A DNA stretch of 64,000 bases from Rhynchopus sp. YZ270_cl-10 (GCA_964035575.1 OZ037843.1:868001-932000), one strand, 5' to 3'; positions 11,018 to 22,986 are shown, counted from the stretch's first letter. Notes: generated by a model not told the origin, from the sequence alone. Made by a program: numbers and translations.

Positions 11018-14000
11018 ATGCATCATTCCCGCCCAGTTGTGAGTGGAGGAGCCTCGACGGGGACGCCGAACTTTGCGCGGAGCGTGCCTTATTCATATTC
11101 TGGAGGGGTTGGGGGCGGACCGACTACCACCACCAGCACCACACCGACAGCAGCTCTGATGAACGGTGTCCCCCGCAGAGGGGAGTTTCGTTCTCCGAGT
11201 AGGGATGCTGCAGGGGGGTCGCCTTCGATTGCCCCGCACAGTGTTGCCACGTCTTCAAATATTGCACCAAACTCTAAGCCTTCATCGAACGCACCTCGTT
11301 GGAAAAACATGCCGCTATCTCCTGCCAAGGCTGCCTCTGCTCCGAACGGTTCGTTTCGCAATGGAGTGGCTCTTCCGACTCATCGCGCTATTGCTGCAAA
11401 CTTTATTGCGCCAAACGGAGAGGTAAACGGTGCATTGGTGTCACCAAGGCGTTCGCCGAGTAGAGGGAGGAATTCGCCGAAGAGGAGAATGGGGTCTGAA
11501 GGGCGGTATGGAACGGATCAGCCTGGGTTTGTTCATCATTATAACGTTGTGGAGAGGAGTGTTGCGAGTGGGAGTGTTGGGCCGCCACCAGCTCCGCCAG
11601 CGTCATCTGCTCCAGCGACGCCTCGGTTGGGATATGAAGCGGGACCACCGAAAAATCGATTGGAGGCAGAAAATTTGGATCTCCGTTCTCGGTTGGAGGA
11701 TTGCGAAAACGAGCTTTTTGCAGAGCAAAGGAGAAGAGCGGAGGTGGAATCAAAACATTTGGAGCTGCAAGCATCATCAAACGTGAGGGTTCTCGAGGGG
11801 AAGGTAGCAGGACTTCAGGCAATGCTCGAGGAAAAATCCAGGGAGAATGAAAAATCACGTTCACAAGGTTCGCATGCCCAACACCGTATCGATGACGGTG
11901 CCGCAAAGTTACAACACCTCGGCGGGGTTGTCGATGAACTGGAAAACCGGATGGGTCATCAGCACGTCAGAATGCAGGAAATGGAGAGGGATTTAGAAAA
12001 AGAACGTACAACTGTCCAATCCCTCGAGAGAACGCTGGAGGAGCAGTACAAAAAGGCACAGAGGCAGAAGATCTCTCAAGAAGACGCGATGAATGAGCGG
12101 GACAACCTGGAGGCCGAGGTTCGCGCCGAACTGCGCCTCAAAAACCGGCAGCTTCAGGACGGAGAGATGGCACGCCTTTCTGCGGCAGAGGAAGTTCAGA
12201 ACCTTCACTGCGACCTTGAGGCTGCGAGACAACGCCTTCAGGACCAAGAAGCCACCTTGCAAGCCCTCCGCGAACGCTGCACCGCAGCAGAAAGCAACCT
12301 CGAGCAAGTACACGGAGAGGACGCACAACGTCGTGTTGTCACCGAAGGGTTGAAACAGGAGCTTGAGCGTGAGAATGCTAAGGTACACAATATGTTGTCT
12401 GACCTGCGTGCTGCAGAGTGTCAACGTATTGAGTTGGAGGAGCGCGCACGGTGCACCGAGCAGGAGGTGACACGGCTGCATGCTGCGGAGGAGAATGCGA
12501 AGTACTTAGAGGATTCGCTGCAAAGGGTTGAGGAGGATGTGAGGTGTGAGATCAAGCAGCACTCCGAGACGAGGCAGAGGCTGCGTGATGCGGAGGAGCG
12601 GCTTGCAGCGTCGCAAACTCTGCAAACGCAGCTGGCGCAGGTGGAGGGCGAGCTCGCAGCAAAGGGGGAGTCGCTCGCTCGGATGCACGAAACCACAGAG
12701 AGGCACTCCGCAAAGGTCGCCGCCCTGCAGGCAGAGCTCGACGAATCCCGCAACAGCACCGCCGCAGCCAACAGCGAGCTCACCGCAAGCATCGAACACC
12801 AACGTTCTATGGAAACACGCATGGCGCATCTTGAAGAGGAAGCTGGACGGGCTGCCAGCTTTGACACAAAGGTCCGTTCATATGAAGAGGTGCTCCAGAC
12901 ACGCCAGGAGGAGCTCCGCCAGGCCAACGCTGAGAACGCGAAACTTCAGATCGCCATCCGCGAGATGGAGCACAAACTGCAGGAGATTGGTGCCCTCGAC
13001 GAGCGGGTCCACGGCTTGGTCCGCGACAAACAAGACCTAGAACACGAGCTGAACTGCCAACAACGTGGTCTCGCACGAAGCGAAGCTGAGTGCAGCAGTC
13101 TGACCAACCAGCTTGAAAACGCGAACTACACCTTGGACACCGAGCGCAGCATGACAGCGGAGCTGCAACAGCATGTTGAAGAGCTGCACCGCAAGCTGCA
13201 AGCCAAGGGGAACGTCGAGGCACGTCTTGCCGAAGCACAACATGAGCTTGACGAGCGCGCGAGAGAGCTTTCTGAAGAACGTTCGAGTCTTGGGTCTCAT
13301 GTCAGCCGCTGTCGCCACCTTGAGGCTGATTTGGAAGGAGCGCTGGAAAGACAGCGTAGCATTGAGGAGAACTTCCAGAAGCAGACTCAAACGGTCGAAA
13401 CGTTGCAGCTGCAGCTTGGCAAACAGAGCGTTGCTGTGCAGGAAGGACAACGCGAGGCGGTTCGCTTGGGAGCAGACCTGCACACTGCGACAGAGGGTCT
13501 TGCTGAAACAAAAGATGCCTTGGCACGCTCTGAAGCATTGTGCGCACAGCAAACCAAACAGCTAGAAGCACTCCACGAGGCGGAAACGCAGTTAACCACC
13601 TCTGGCGATGCACTACGTGCAGAGACAACACGCCTCACCCAGGAGCTCAGCGAGAAGAGCAGGGCGCTCGACGCCGAAACAGAACGTCTCCGTACCGTAG
13701 AAGAACGTCTCGTAGGGGTGGAGGCAGAGGCTGTACGATGCAGTACCTTGGAGGGGAAGGTGCAGGCGCTGCAGGAGGTCAACGCTGGTAAGACGAAGGA
13801 TATTGACACCCTGCAAGCACAGCTGCTTGCGGTGCGTGCAGAGCTTTGTACAGCAGAGGAAGGCGTTGCGCAGTCTGTGCAGATGGAGGACCGCATCCGC
13901 GATTTGCGCATGCAGATTGCAAAGCAGGTTGCAGACATGGAGAGGTTGGAGACCGATGAATCTCGCAAAGCGGCGGCTCTCGCCGAAGCGAGGAAAGAGC

Positions 14001-15581
14001 TGGAACGTCTTTCCGACGCTATGCGTGCAAAAGAACGCAGTCTCGAGGAGGAACGTGCCCGGGGCACCGCAACCACAGAAAGGGTCCAGCGTCTCGAGGC
14101 GGCTGCTGCAGCGCGGTCTTCGCTTGAGGGCAAAATTGCGGGGCTCGAAATTCTTGCAGAGTCGAAGGAAACGGAGCTGCGTGCAGTCTCGGAGGAGACG
14201 ACGGGGTTGAGGCAAAGGGTGCGTGATCTGGAACAGCAGCTGCATGCGCGTCTCCGGGTTGAGGATGTGGTGCAGGAGACACAGCTGCAGTTGCAGATCA
14301 AGAATGACGCTATCGCGAGGCTAGAGCTGGAGGAGAAGAAGAGGCGATTGGTTGCCGAGGACCAGCACCGCGAGCTTCTGTCTTTGAACGATAAGGTGAG
14401 GCAGGCAGAGGGAAATGCGCAGGAGCAGAGCGCAAAGCGTCTGGAAGCTGATGCGAGGGTGCAGGAATTGCTTCGTGAAGCGGACCTCCGCAGTCGCGCC
14501 GAAGAAGGTGAACACCGGGAACGACTGATGCAAGCCGAACGCCTCGAAGCTGAATGCCGCGACAGCCGCGACCGCCTACTCGGAACTGAACGCGCTGCGC
14601 GGGCCAGCGAACAACGCAGCCTCGAATGCCAAAACGACGCAACCCGGGTACGTGCCCAGCTGCAACGCGCCGAAGATGAAAAGGACTGTCTTGCTCAAGA
14701 GGCTGCTGAGCTGCGTGCACAGCTCAATGCGGACCGTGCAGCGGCGCATAAGCTAACCACAGACGTCGCCTCATTAGAGTCCGAACTGCGTATCCAGAAG
14801 GACCGAGAGGAGCGCACCGCACGCAGCATGGGGGACGATGTGCGGGAGGCAAAGCAACGCTTCGAGGCAAAGATTGCGACGCTCGAGCAACGTCTCTTTG
14901 AGACGGAGAATGTACGCGACGTGCTAGAGAAGGATGGTCTCAAGCTGCGAGAGGAACTTGCCTACGCGAACAACGCGATGCGTTCCAAGAGCATGCACTC
15001 AGCACAGCCGGGCGAGTCGTACCAGCCCTCCGGCAGTGCCATGCAGCTCCCGCCCGCAAGCGACACCGGCTCCATCAGAGAGTCTGACTACGAGTCAGAC
15101 CTTCGCAACAGAGAAGACAGACTCGCATCGGAATGGGAACGCACCAAAGAAGTATGTAGCATTGGTTTTGTGTGGCGTTCGTTGAAAGAGGAGCGTTATA
15201 AAACCAAAAAAATACAAAATAATGGGTTTGAGTGAGAATTTCAGTATTTTTTTTGATGAGGTTCGCCACTAAATCTTATTTTAAGAGTTAATTTTGAAAG
15301 CTTAAAAGTGCAAATAGAGGGCTCAAACTATACCAAAAAAAAAAACGCTTTTTTTGGTGTTCCGGAAATCCCTGTCAATGTCAATATAGGCCCCCTCCGG
15401 AACACCATTTTTAAGTGACGATGCACTCTGTTATTTTTGGAAACAACAATCAAGTTAAACGCTTTACTAGGCAATATTCTAGAGAATTATGATCACCCTA
15501 AACTGATTTCAAAAACACATCACACTTTCCCTTTTTTTACAGTCGGTTTCGCGTTTGAAGCTGCAGCTCCGTCATGGCTAG
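11018..15581 (+). CDS. Large coiled-coil protein with disordered Ser/Pro-rich N-terminus; two exons (11018-15151, 15543-15581)
   Basis: ~1380-codon E/Q/R/L-rich heptad ORF. Phase-0 GTATGT donor at 15152 and polypyrimidine-TACAG acceptor ending 15542 give ..ERTKE-SVSRLKLQLRHG*. Confidence 0.75.
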
Positions 15582-15782
15582 AAGACGAACAACAGAGCAC
15601 AACACGCGCAGAGGAAAATAACTTTTTTTTTTTGACGGACAATGCTTACAGTTTCCCTTGTCAACAACACCCCCCAAATGCAACACTCCGTGGGGGTTCG
15701 ATAACCCCACAGTCAGGTGCCTGCGTCCCAGAGGCGTTTGCACTGCCAACTTCACTTTCCCCCCCTCCCCTTCAATTCCCTG

Positions 15783-16000
15783 CACGACGGTGAAGTATAG
15801 TACATTACAAGTGAAGTTACTAGTAACGTTACAAGTGAAAAACCGTTACAAGTGAGTTACAAGTGGGATACATGAATTACAGGCAAAATCAGGTTGTAAC
15901 TGGTGGGTTACAAGTGGGTTACAAGTGAGTTACATGTAACAAAAGTTACATGTAACTCACTTGTAACTCCACTTGTAACACCCGTTACTTCACCGTCGTG
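15783..16000. mobile_element. CMC/EnSpm-like MITE
   Basis: TIR cacgacggtgaagta / tacttcaccgtcgtg, 2-bp flank TG on both sides, internal ttacaagtg subterminal repeats in both orientations. Confidence 0.75.
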
Positions 16001-16444
16001 TGCGTTCCGCTGGTGTGTGTACGGTGAAGTGTTAGCGCTTTCAACTTCTCTCTTTTTTTTATAGGTACACTGTCACGAGAGGACTTTGTATTTTACAACT
16101 CCACTTTTTTTTAGATCAAAGATTAAAGCTTACGAGTAACCTAGGTTCATCGTATAAACCTTCCCCTTTATCCCCTTTTCCCCTTTTCCACAAAGACAAC
16201 AAAAGTCTTGCCTCTCCCTCCCCCTCCCCCGCTAGTAATCTACCCCTCCGATTTCCCCCCCCCCCCCCATCTCCCTTAGCTACCTTCAAGTGCTCTCAAT
16301 GTGGTTGTGTTCTTCTTTTTAGAATATGAGTTTTCAAATGGCATCTCTTTATCACAACAAAAAAGGTCACATTCATCGAACAGACAGTGGAGATATGCAC
16401 AACTGTGGCAACACAACCGAGGCAACTACACTACTCCAACAATT

Positions 16445-17009
16445 CAGGGGACATTAGTATGCCGGTGTGCCGGTGTGGCCACACCGGCTAAGCCGGTGTG
16501 GGATTTTGAGAAAAAAAAAAAAAAAAAAGAAAAAGGCAGATTTTTGAATTTTTTTCTGAATTTTATCTCCTCATACAAGGCTACAACCACATCTGTAGCG
16601 GTTTCTTATGTGCATGTGACCCCACCACAAAGACCAATCGGTCCGTTCAATCAAAAGAAATAGATGTTTGCAACTCTCATAAAAAAGTAGCGTAGCGTAC
16701 CGTGCGCCTGCGGCGCAGCTAAAAATGACGAGCGGTAGCCCACAGCTCTACCCTAGGCCATAGTCACAGCTACCTTTACCATAGTTTGGCTATAAAAGCG
16801 TGCGATTTTATGTCACAATTTTTGAAATGTTGCGTACCGTGGCTTCGCCAGAAAAGTTTTGATGCCATATGGTTAGACAAGGGCGCGGAGGGGAAAGAGT
16901 TGTGGAGGTCTCTGCCAAAAATGCGTGGGGAAAAAAAAATTGCCTCACACCGGCTTTTTTGGCTCACACCGGCTTTTTTTTCAAAATCTCAAACTACCAA
17001 TGTCCCCTG
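16445..17009. mobile_element. hAT-type MITE
   Basis: TIR caggggacatt.gta, exact 8-bp TSD CAACAATT. Confidence 0.85.
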
Positions 17010-17018
17010 CAACAATTT

Positions 17019-17316
17019 CAGGCACTCCGCTAGGTACTAAAGTTCTGTTGATTGTCAACAGAACTTTTTGAAAATGGGGAAAAAAAGAAAAAAAAAAAAA
17101 GTTCTGCTAAGTGGTTCAGACCCGTTCTACCTGTCAAAAAAGCTCAGGAGAAGAAGATCTGGAGAGGTGAGTGCTCAAACGTCCCAAAAAAGTCAAAATC
17201 GGGCGTTGGTAAAAAAAAAAGTTGCGTACCGTGCGCCTGCGGCGCAAGCATGTACCCCACCAACGTGGACCATCAACAGAATATTTTCAAAATCGGAAAT
17301 CCTAGCGGAGAGTCTG
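17019..17316. mobile_element. hAT-type MITE
   Basis: Imperfect TIR caggcactccgctagg / cctagcggagagtctg. 8-bp TSD AACAATTT is restored after removing the 17323 insertion. Confidence 0.75.
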
Positions 17317-17322
17317 AACAAT

Positions 17323-18389
17323 CAGGGTCCTCAACCTGTCTAAGTTAGGCCTTAACTTAGACAATTTTTTTTTTTTTGAAAAACGCTTTGTCTAAGTTAG
17401 ACAAAACCTGGGTTTTGGGTTTTTGGGTGGTTTGAAAGAGAAGAAGCTTTACTGAAAACAAAAAAAAAAAATGAGTTCCCTCAAGACTCCCTCAGTCCTC
17501 ACCTGCGCGGACCCCATTGTACCCACCCACACAAGCCACCTCCTCAGACTAACTACAATTGAACAAACTCATCCGCAAAAATGCCTGCCACTGCCAAGAC
17601 CTCCAAAGCACAGCCCACCATCGTGTCCATGTTCAAGAAGGGAGCTGTTGCGGCACCTGTGGTACGTGTGGTGGAACCCAACAAAGGGGATACGCACTAC
17701 GACCTGTGGTCTTCAGGCAAGTACAAGTCCATCCCCGATGGTCCGACACCCCGGCTCGCTTCCCTTCACCTTTTTCTTGTGGCGGAGGGGACGGTGAGGG
17801 GGTTTAAAAACCACCAGAACGACACCAACAAGGTGCTCAAACTCTGGTTGAAGGAGTTTGATCGCGCCAAACTGGCGGACGACGACAGGGAGGGGAGCAA
17901 GCGGAAGACGATCCTGACGATCGTTGCGGAGGCGCATGAGTTCGCCATGAACGAAGCAGAGAAGGGGGGAGACAGCGATGCCTCTGCCGTGTCTGTGCAG
18001 AGCCAGGTGTCGCAAGGCAAGAAGGTGAAGAAACGTGTGGTGATGATGGCTCCACAGGTGAGTGCTGTTAAGTACGTGGATTCAACGTCCGAAGAAGAGG
18101 AGGAGGAGCAATGTGTGCCAGTGAGACGCAACGCAGCATCCGAGCAACCCGAGGCAGCAATGGAAATCGATGATGTCGACGAGTACTCTTCTGACGGCGA
18201 TGTTGTCTTCTTAGGTCCCACGCACTCCAACACGAACAATCCCAACCTCACGAACACCAAAAAAAAAAAGCCCCCAATTTTTAGCTTTGTACAGGACCTT
18301 TTCGCGCGGAGCGCGAAAATTTTTTTTTAGCCTTTTTTTTTAACTTAGACAAATCTGTGGCCAGACTTTGTCTACGGTTGAGGACCCTG
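17323..18389. mobile_element. hAT-type non-autonomous element carrying a cargo ORF
   Basis: TIR cagggtcctcaacc / ggttgaggaccctg, exact 8-bp TSD TGAACAAT, subterminal tctaagtta repeats. Confidence 0.9.
17581..18330 (+). CDS. Hypothetical 249-aa cargo protein inside a hAT element
   Basis: ATG-initiated GC-rich ORF with no DDE motifs; QPTIVSMF near the N-terminus and an acidic ..DGDVVFLG segment. The true C-terminus is uncertain (A-run at ~18260). Confidence 0.55.
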   Translation: MPATAKTSKAQPTIVSMFKKGAVAAPVVRVVEPNKGDTHYDLWSSGKYKSIPDGPTPRLASLHLFLVAEGTVRGFKNHQNDTNKVLKLWLKEFDRAKLADDDREGSKRKTILTIVAEAHEFAMNEAEKGGDSDASAVSVQSQVSQGKKVKKRVVMMAPQVSAVKYVDSTSEEEEEEQCVPVRRNAASEQPEAAMEIDDVDEYSSDGDVVFLGPTHSNTNNPNLTNTKKKKPPIFSFVQDLFARSAKIFF

Positions 18390-18408
18390 TGAACAATTTA
18401 TAAAAAAA

Positions 18409-18911
18409 CACGGGTCGGGAAAGATCTTTTGTCTTTTTTTGTCTTTTTTCGAGAATCTCGGGAGAAAAAAAAAAAAAATCAAGATTTTCAGGATTTTTGT
18501 CTTTTTTTTTCAGGATCTCTCGAGATCTTTGAGATCTTTGAAAAATCCTGAAAAAAAAAGGAAAAAAAGAGAAAAAAAGATGAAAAAGATCTTGAAAATC
18601 TTTTTTTTCTCAAAAAAAAGATAAAAAAGATTTTTGGGATTTTGAAAAATCTTTTTGGGAAAAAAAAAAAAAAAGATTTTGAAAATCTTTTTTTTTTTTT
18701 TCAAAGATTTCTCAAGATCTCGAGATTTTTCATGAAATTTCATGGATTTTTCCAGGATTTTTCAGGATTTTTTCAGGATTTTCCCAGGATTTTCAAATCT
18801 TTTCTCTTTTTTTTTTTCTCCCAAAAATCTTTTTTTTTTTTTTTTTTTCGGGAGAAGAGGATTTTTTTTCTCGAAAAAAAAAAAAAAAAAAAAGATCTTT
18901 CCCGACCCGTG
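18409..18911. mobile_element. CAC-terminal foldback MITE (CMC-like)
   Basis: TIR cacgggtcgggaaagatcttt / aaagatctttcccgacccgtg, inserted in an A-run, with internal AGATCT/AGATTTT repeats. Confidence 0.75.
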
Positions 18912-18983
18912 AAAAAAAAAAAAAAAAAAAAAAAAAAAACGATTCACGTCACTATCAGAAACAAATAATCCACATAAAGTATA

Positions 18984-19825
18984 TGGACTCGTCCGGAAAC
19001 CCCTCTGGTAAGATTCATCCTTTTGGGTATTTTTGGGTTTTTTTGATGATGCCCCCCACAAAAAGTGCATCTAGGTGATATTCTGATATGAAAATAGGTT
19101 TTTTGGGGGGGTCTGAGGCTATATTTTCGCTTTTTTAATCAGATTTTCAGCCTTTTATTGTCGTTCTTCTGGATCTCTTCTCTCTTTCTCTTAATCCTGC
19201 CATGCCGCCTTGACAAGGTTTCATTGACCTCTGTCAAATCTACTGGATCAATGCCAGGGACTTTTGCTTTGCGGGTCACCTTGGATGTGGAGACTCCATA
19301 GTAAATACAGGTTCCCTCCGTGTCAGAGTACACGCTAGCTGAAATGACACGACCGTTGCTCGGGTAGCAGTACACAGACGAAAAGAGATTGATGGAAAGA
19401 AGGGTGCACTGATACGTATGAGTACGAGGGAATGAGATAACAAAGGCCTCTGTGTGGGGAAGCTCGCGCAGGGCACCGACAATGACCCCTACGGTAAGGA
19501 TCTCCTGACAACAAGAATCATCAGAGAGAGGGTTCGAAACGACACCAAGTGTGCGTCGCACCCATTCTTACCGTGTTTCTCGACAAAAAAGTGAACTTCA
19601 CTGCTGTCATTGCCACGTTTTTTTCTTCCAAAAAATACGTAAAAAAATATAAGTAAAAAGGGGGGGAGGGGAAATAAACAAAAATAAATGCCCAAAATAT
19701 GCCCTCTGGGGTGGTAGGTGTATGGTGGGTATCAAAAAATTGGGTTGTTTGGGTGTTTTGAGCAGAAAAACCTCAAAAAACCCCAAAAGGATGAATCTTA
19801 CCAGGAGGGTTTCCGGACGGACCCA
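18984..19825. mobile_element. TIR element with TGG..CCA ends, TATA flanks and a GC-richer internal segment
   Basis: ~45-bp imperfect TIR (tgg..cgtccggaaaccc..ggtaagattcatccttttggg); TATA on both sides. Confidence 0.65.
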
Positions 19826-20989
19826 TATAAAAAAAGTTTGGGTACATTTAGTGTGCCCTATTATACCTTCTATTCAGTAGAATAGATAGTATATGAAACA
19901 ATTTTTTTTGTTGCGTGGACAATTGCATCAAGTACCCTGCTCCATGGTTCAGTGCTCTTATGTTGTCTGAAGCTGTACTACAGGCAGCTCATCTTCAACA
20001 CTTCAGAGCATTTTGTGTTTTTTTAAAGATGGGAATATTGATCCCTATAACCTATGCTATCAATTTGTTGAATGCATAAGTGTTGAAATGCTTTTTATTA
20101 TAAAATGTCAAAGTTTTTGTTATGGGAAATGGATTGATATTTTGCCCACCTTTTTTTCATCCACAAACCACCATACGTCAGTGAAAAAAAAATCACAACA
20201 GCTTTTTGGCGGAGCGACAAAGCAGGGCGAAGAAAAATCCCTGCTGAGCCCCCCCCCCAATGCTGTTTGTGTAGTCCCCTGGAAACTAGAACAGGGGAAG
20301 CTGTCCCCTCCCTTCACTGCCTTGAGGTGGTGTGGAACGCCGCTACGCAAGAAACAACAAGGTACACTGTAACAAGAGGGCTTTGCATTTCAAGTCAACT
20401 TTTTTTTTCTCCCTCAGGGTAGCGACTGTGTGCCGGCACACAGCACGCACCCCTTCTCTGTGTGCCAATGAAGTGACCCCTCCATACACTTCGCTAACAA
20501 ATCGGAGCACAGGGCGCCACATGCTTGCTACAAGCGATGGGTTAAGCCGTGACCCCATTCGACATTGTTGTGTATCCCCTCTCCCCCCCTTTTTTTTTTT
20601 AGAATCAACAGTTGTGTACGCTTAAGATTTTTTTAAAAATTAGATATTCTGTGCCCCAGAAGCCCAGTCATCTTTTCATGTTTTCCCTCTGTTCTTTTCC
20701 CCATTTTTTTTTTTAACCAATTTGCATAGATTTGTCGTTCCAGCCCCGCTGATTTTAGATTTTCTTTTCTCTTTCGTTTTCTTTGTTTCTTTTGCCACTG
20801 CCTCCTGTGGGTGGGAAAACAAACAATATTGTTGTTACAGTCATTAGGTAGTTTTTACGTACCCGCGCTACCCCATGCACATGCTCGAACACGTCATCAT
20901 ACCAAAATTACGAACTCCGGCTGGGGAACAAGACATCATCCCTGACAACAAACTTGTGGAAACCAGCGCAGCTGTTGCTCCGCGATAAA

Positions 20990-21049
20990 CGAATGTGATC
21001 AAGGTGACTAAGCACAGAGAGGCTTAGGGTCATCTTATAAACTTTTCTC
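20990..21049. repeat. ~60-bp hairpin repeat (copies at 32214-32273 and 38170-38216)
   Basis: aaggtgactaagcac(a)gagaggcttagggtcatcttataaacttttct at three dispersed sites. Confidence 0.8.
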
Positions 21050-21149
21050 TTAGGTTTCCTGTTCCGCTGACTTCATCTTGTTGGAACTTCCAGGACCGTA
21101 CAATTATTTGAAACTAGCATATGACACAAAGTGGGCGTAAGGCACCTTT

Positions 21150-21273
21150 CCCGCGTGGATTGTAGCTGATTTAATGAGCCGTCTGCAGATCCACTGTTAA
21201 GCCATTTACTCTGAGACTTGCATGGCTTAATCCTTGAAACAAGCATATGACTACTGGCAGGGTCAACCAGGTT
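21150..21273 (-). rRNA. 5' fragment (~125 nt) of 18S rRNA, pseudogenic
   Basis: Minus strand reads AACCTGGTTGACCCTGCCAGTAGTCATATGCTTGTTTCAAGGATTAAGCCATGCAAGTCT..GGCTCATTAAATCAG, after which homology stops. Confidence 0.9.
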
Positions 21274-21844
21274 TCTTGTCACTCTAATCGATAGGGGACG
21301 GCTGTTGTGCTGCGTTTATTTGAGAAGGAAAAAATGGTGTAAAAAAATGCAACAAAAAAAGCAAGACAGCTACGCAGCTGGGTAATCAATTTTTTTTTTT
21401 TTTTTCAAATCACCCCATCGTTGGGTGATCTATGAACGGGGAGAGATTTTTTTACTAGCTCTCAGTAGGCTCTCACAGCCTGTTGCGTGTCCCACGGAGA
21501 CGATCATAGATCACCCCATCGTGAACTCAAGATAGCCAAAAAGAAAGGGAAAAGAAAAGAGAGTAGGTGACAGTGGCAATATTCCACTAAACGAGATATA
21601 GGGCAGATGTCTCCCTTGTATGGAGTTCACGTGAAGAAGAAAAATGATTGTCGACACAACAACAAAAATAAGCAAGGTACCTACGTGTTTCATCAAATTT
21701 GCAAGAATAGACAGACAAAAACAAAATATGCTCGAGAGACTCATTTCTCTTTTGCTTGTTTGCTCAAAAGACTACAAAACGGAGAGAGGAAAAATAAGGT
21801 TGTTTTGTTGTTCGCTCCCTGTTTTTTCTTCCTCCCCAGTGATG

Positions 21845-22986
21845 TATATCATACATTCCATGGTTCTCCGTATAGAAAAGCCTGTTTTTGGAGCCACTTT
21901 AAAGTGATAAAAAATCCGCCAAAAAAATCGTGCGACCCCGGAATTTTTTCAGATCGATCCGGAAATTCACTGCCGCCCATTTTTGGGGGTCAACAATTCA
22001 CGACTTGAGTCGTAAATGGAACTGTCCGTGGACACATGGTTTTTATAAATTTTTTCCCCCGATTTTTTCCCCGATTTTTATTTTTTTGGAAAGATCGGTT
22101 ACGAAAACGTTCAATTCCGGGGTCGCACGATTTTTTTTATGCCTCTGTGGCTGGTTAGGTGATTTTTGGCTGTGGTACCCCCTTTGGGAACATTTCTATG
22201 TAGGTTTCTTAAGGACTTCCTTAAGAAAACCTCCTCTTTGGGTCGCAACACAGTGGCGTTTGTAAATTGATTTATTTTTGGATAAAGTTTTCGGTTTTTG
22301 TTTCCTTGGATTTATTTTTTACAAATCCTTCAATTCGGACACATTTTTTATCCCGGAAACACACTCCACGGTATGCAACTTTTGGTGGAGCCAACCCCTT
22401 TTTTCACGTTTCTATGCAGTATCCTTAAGGACTTCCTTAAGAAAACCTCCTATTTGGGTAGCCATACAGTGGCGTCTCTAAATTGGATTTTTTTTGAAGA
22501 AATTTTTCGATTTTTTTTTCTTTGGATTTATTTTTTACAAATCTTTCAATTCCGACCATTTTTTTATTCCGGAAACACACTCCACGGTACGCAACTTTTG
22601 GTGGAGCCGACCCCCTTTTATGCACCGAAATCCCTATACGTTACTGTATAAAGACCCGTGGAGCCACTTTAAATTGACTTCTACTCCACGAAAGTGGTCG
22701 ATTTTTTTTATGGTGAAAAGCGGGGAGCTCGGAAATTCACTGCCGCTGGTTTTCAGGGGGGAAAAATTACATGTCACACACCCACCTCACCGAGAGCCAA
22801 AACAGAAATACGCTCGCCTTGATATTTTTTTTTGAAAAAAAAATTTTTTTTCTGGATTTTTATTTCGTTGGATCCGGCCGTTTCGAAACGTTCAATTGCG
22901 GGGTCGGACGATCAAAAATATGCATCTCACATTTCTGAGTGCAAAATATGAAAAAGTATACGGAGAACCATGGAATGTATGATATA
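21845..22986. mobile_element. Non-autonomous TIR element (probably TA-target, Tc1/mariner-like)
   Basis: Perfect 30-bp inverted repeat tatatcatacattccatggttctccgtata; internal ~220-bp tandem duplication (22200-22620). Confidence 0.75.

Noticed and set aside
17039..17067. 13-bp perfect hairpin followed by Ts, resembling a rho-independent terminator
   Set aside because: Eukaryotic context and located inside a hAT MITE subterminal region.
21073..21282. 69-aa ORF MTRNLVDPASSHML
   Set aside because: Translation of the 18S rRNA fragment.
21409..21521. Small inverted/direct repeat (caccccatcg, gatctatga)
   Set aside because: Ends and TSD could not be defined.
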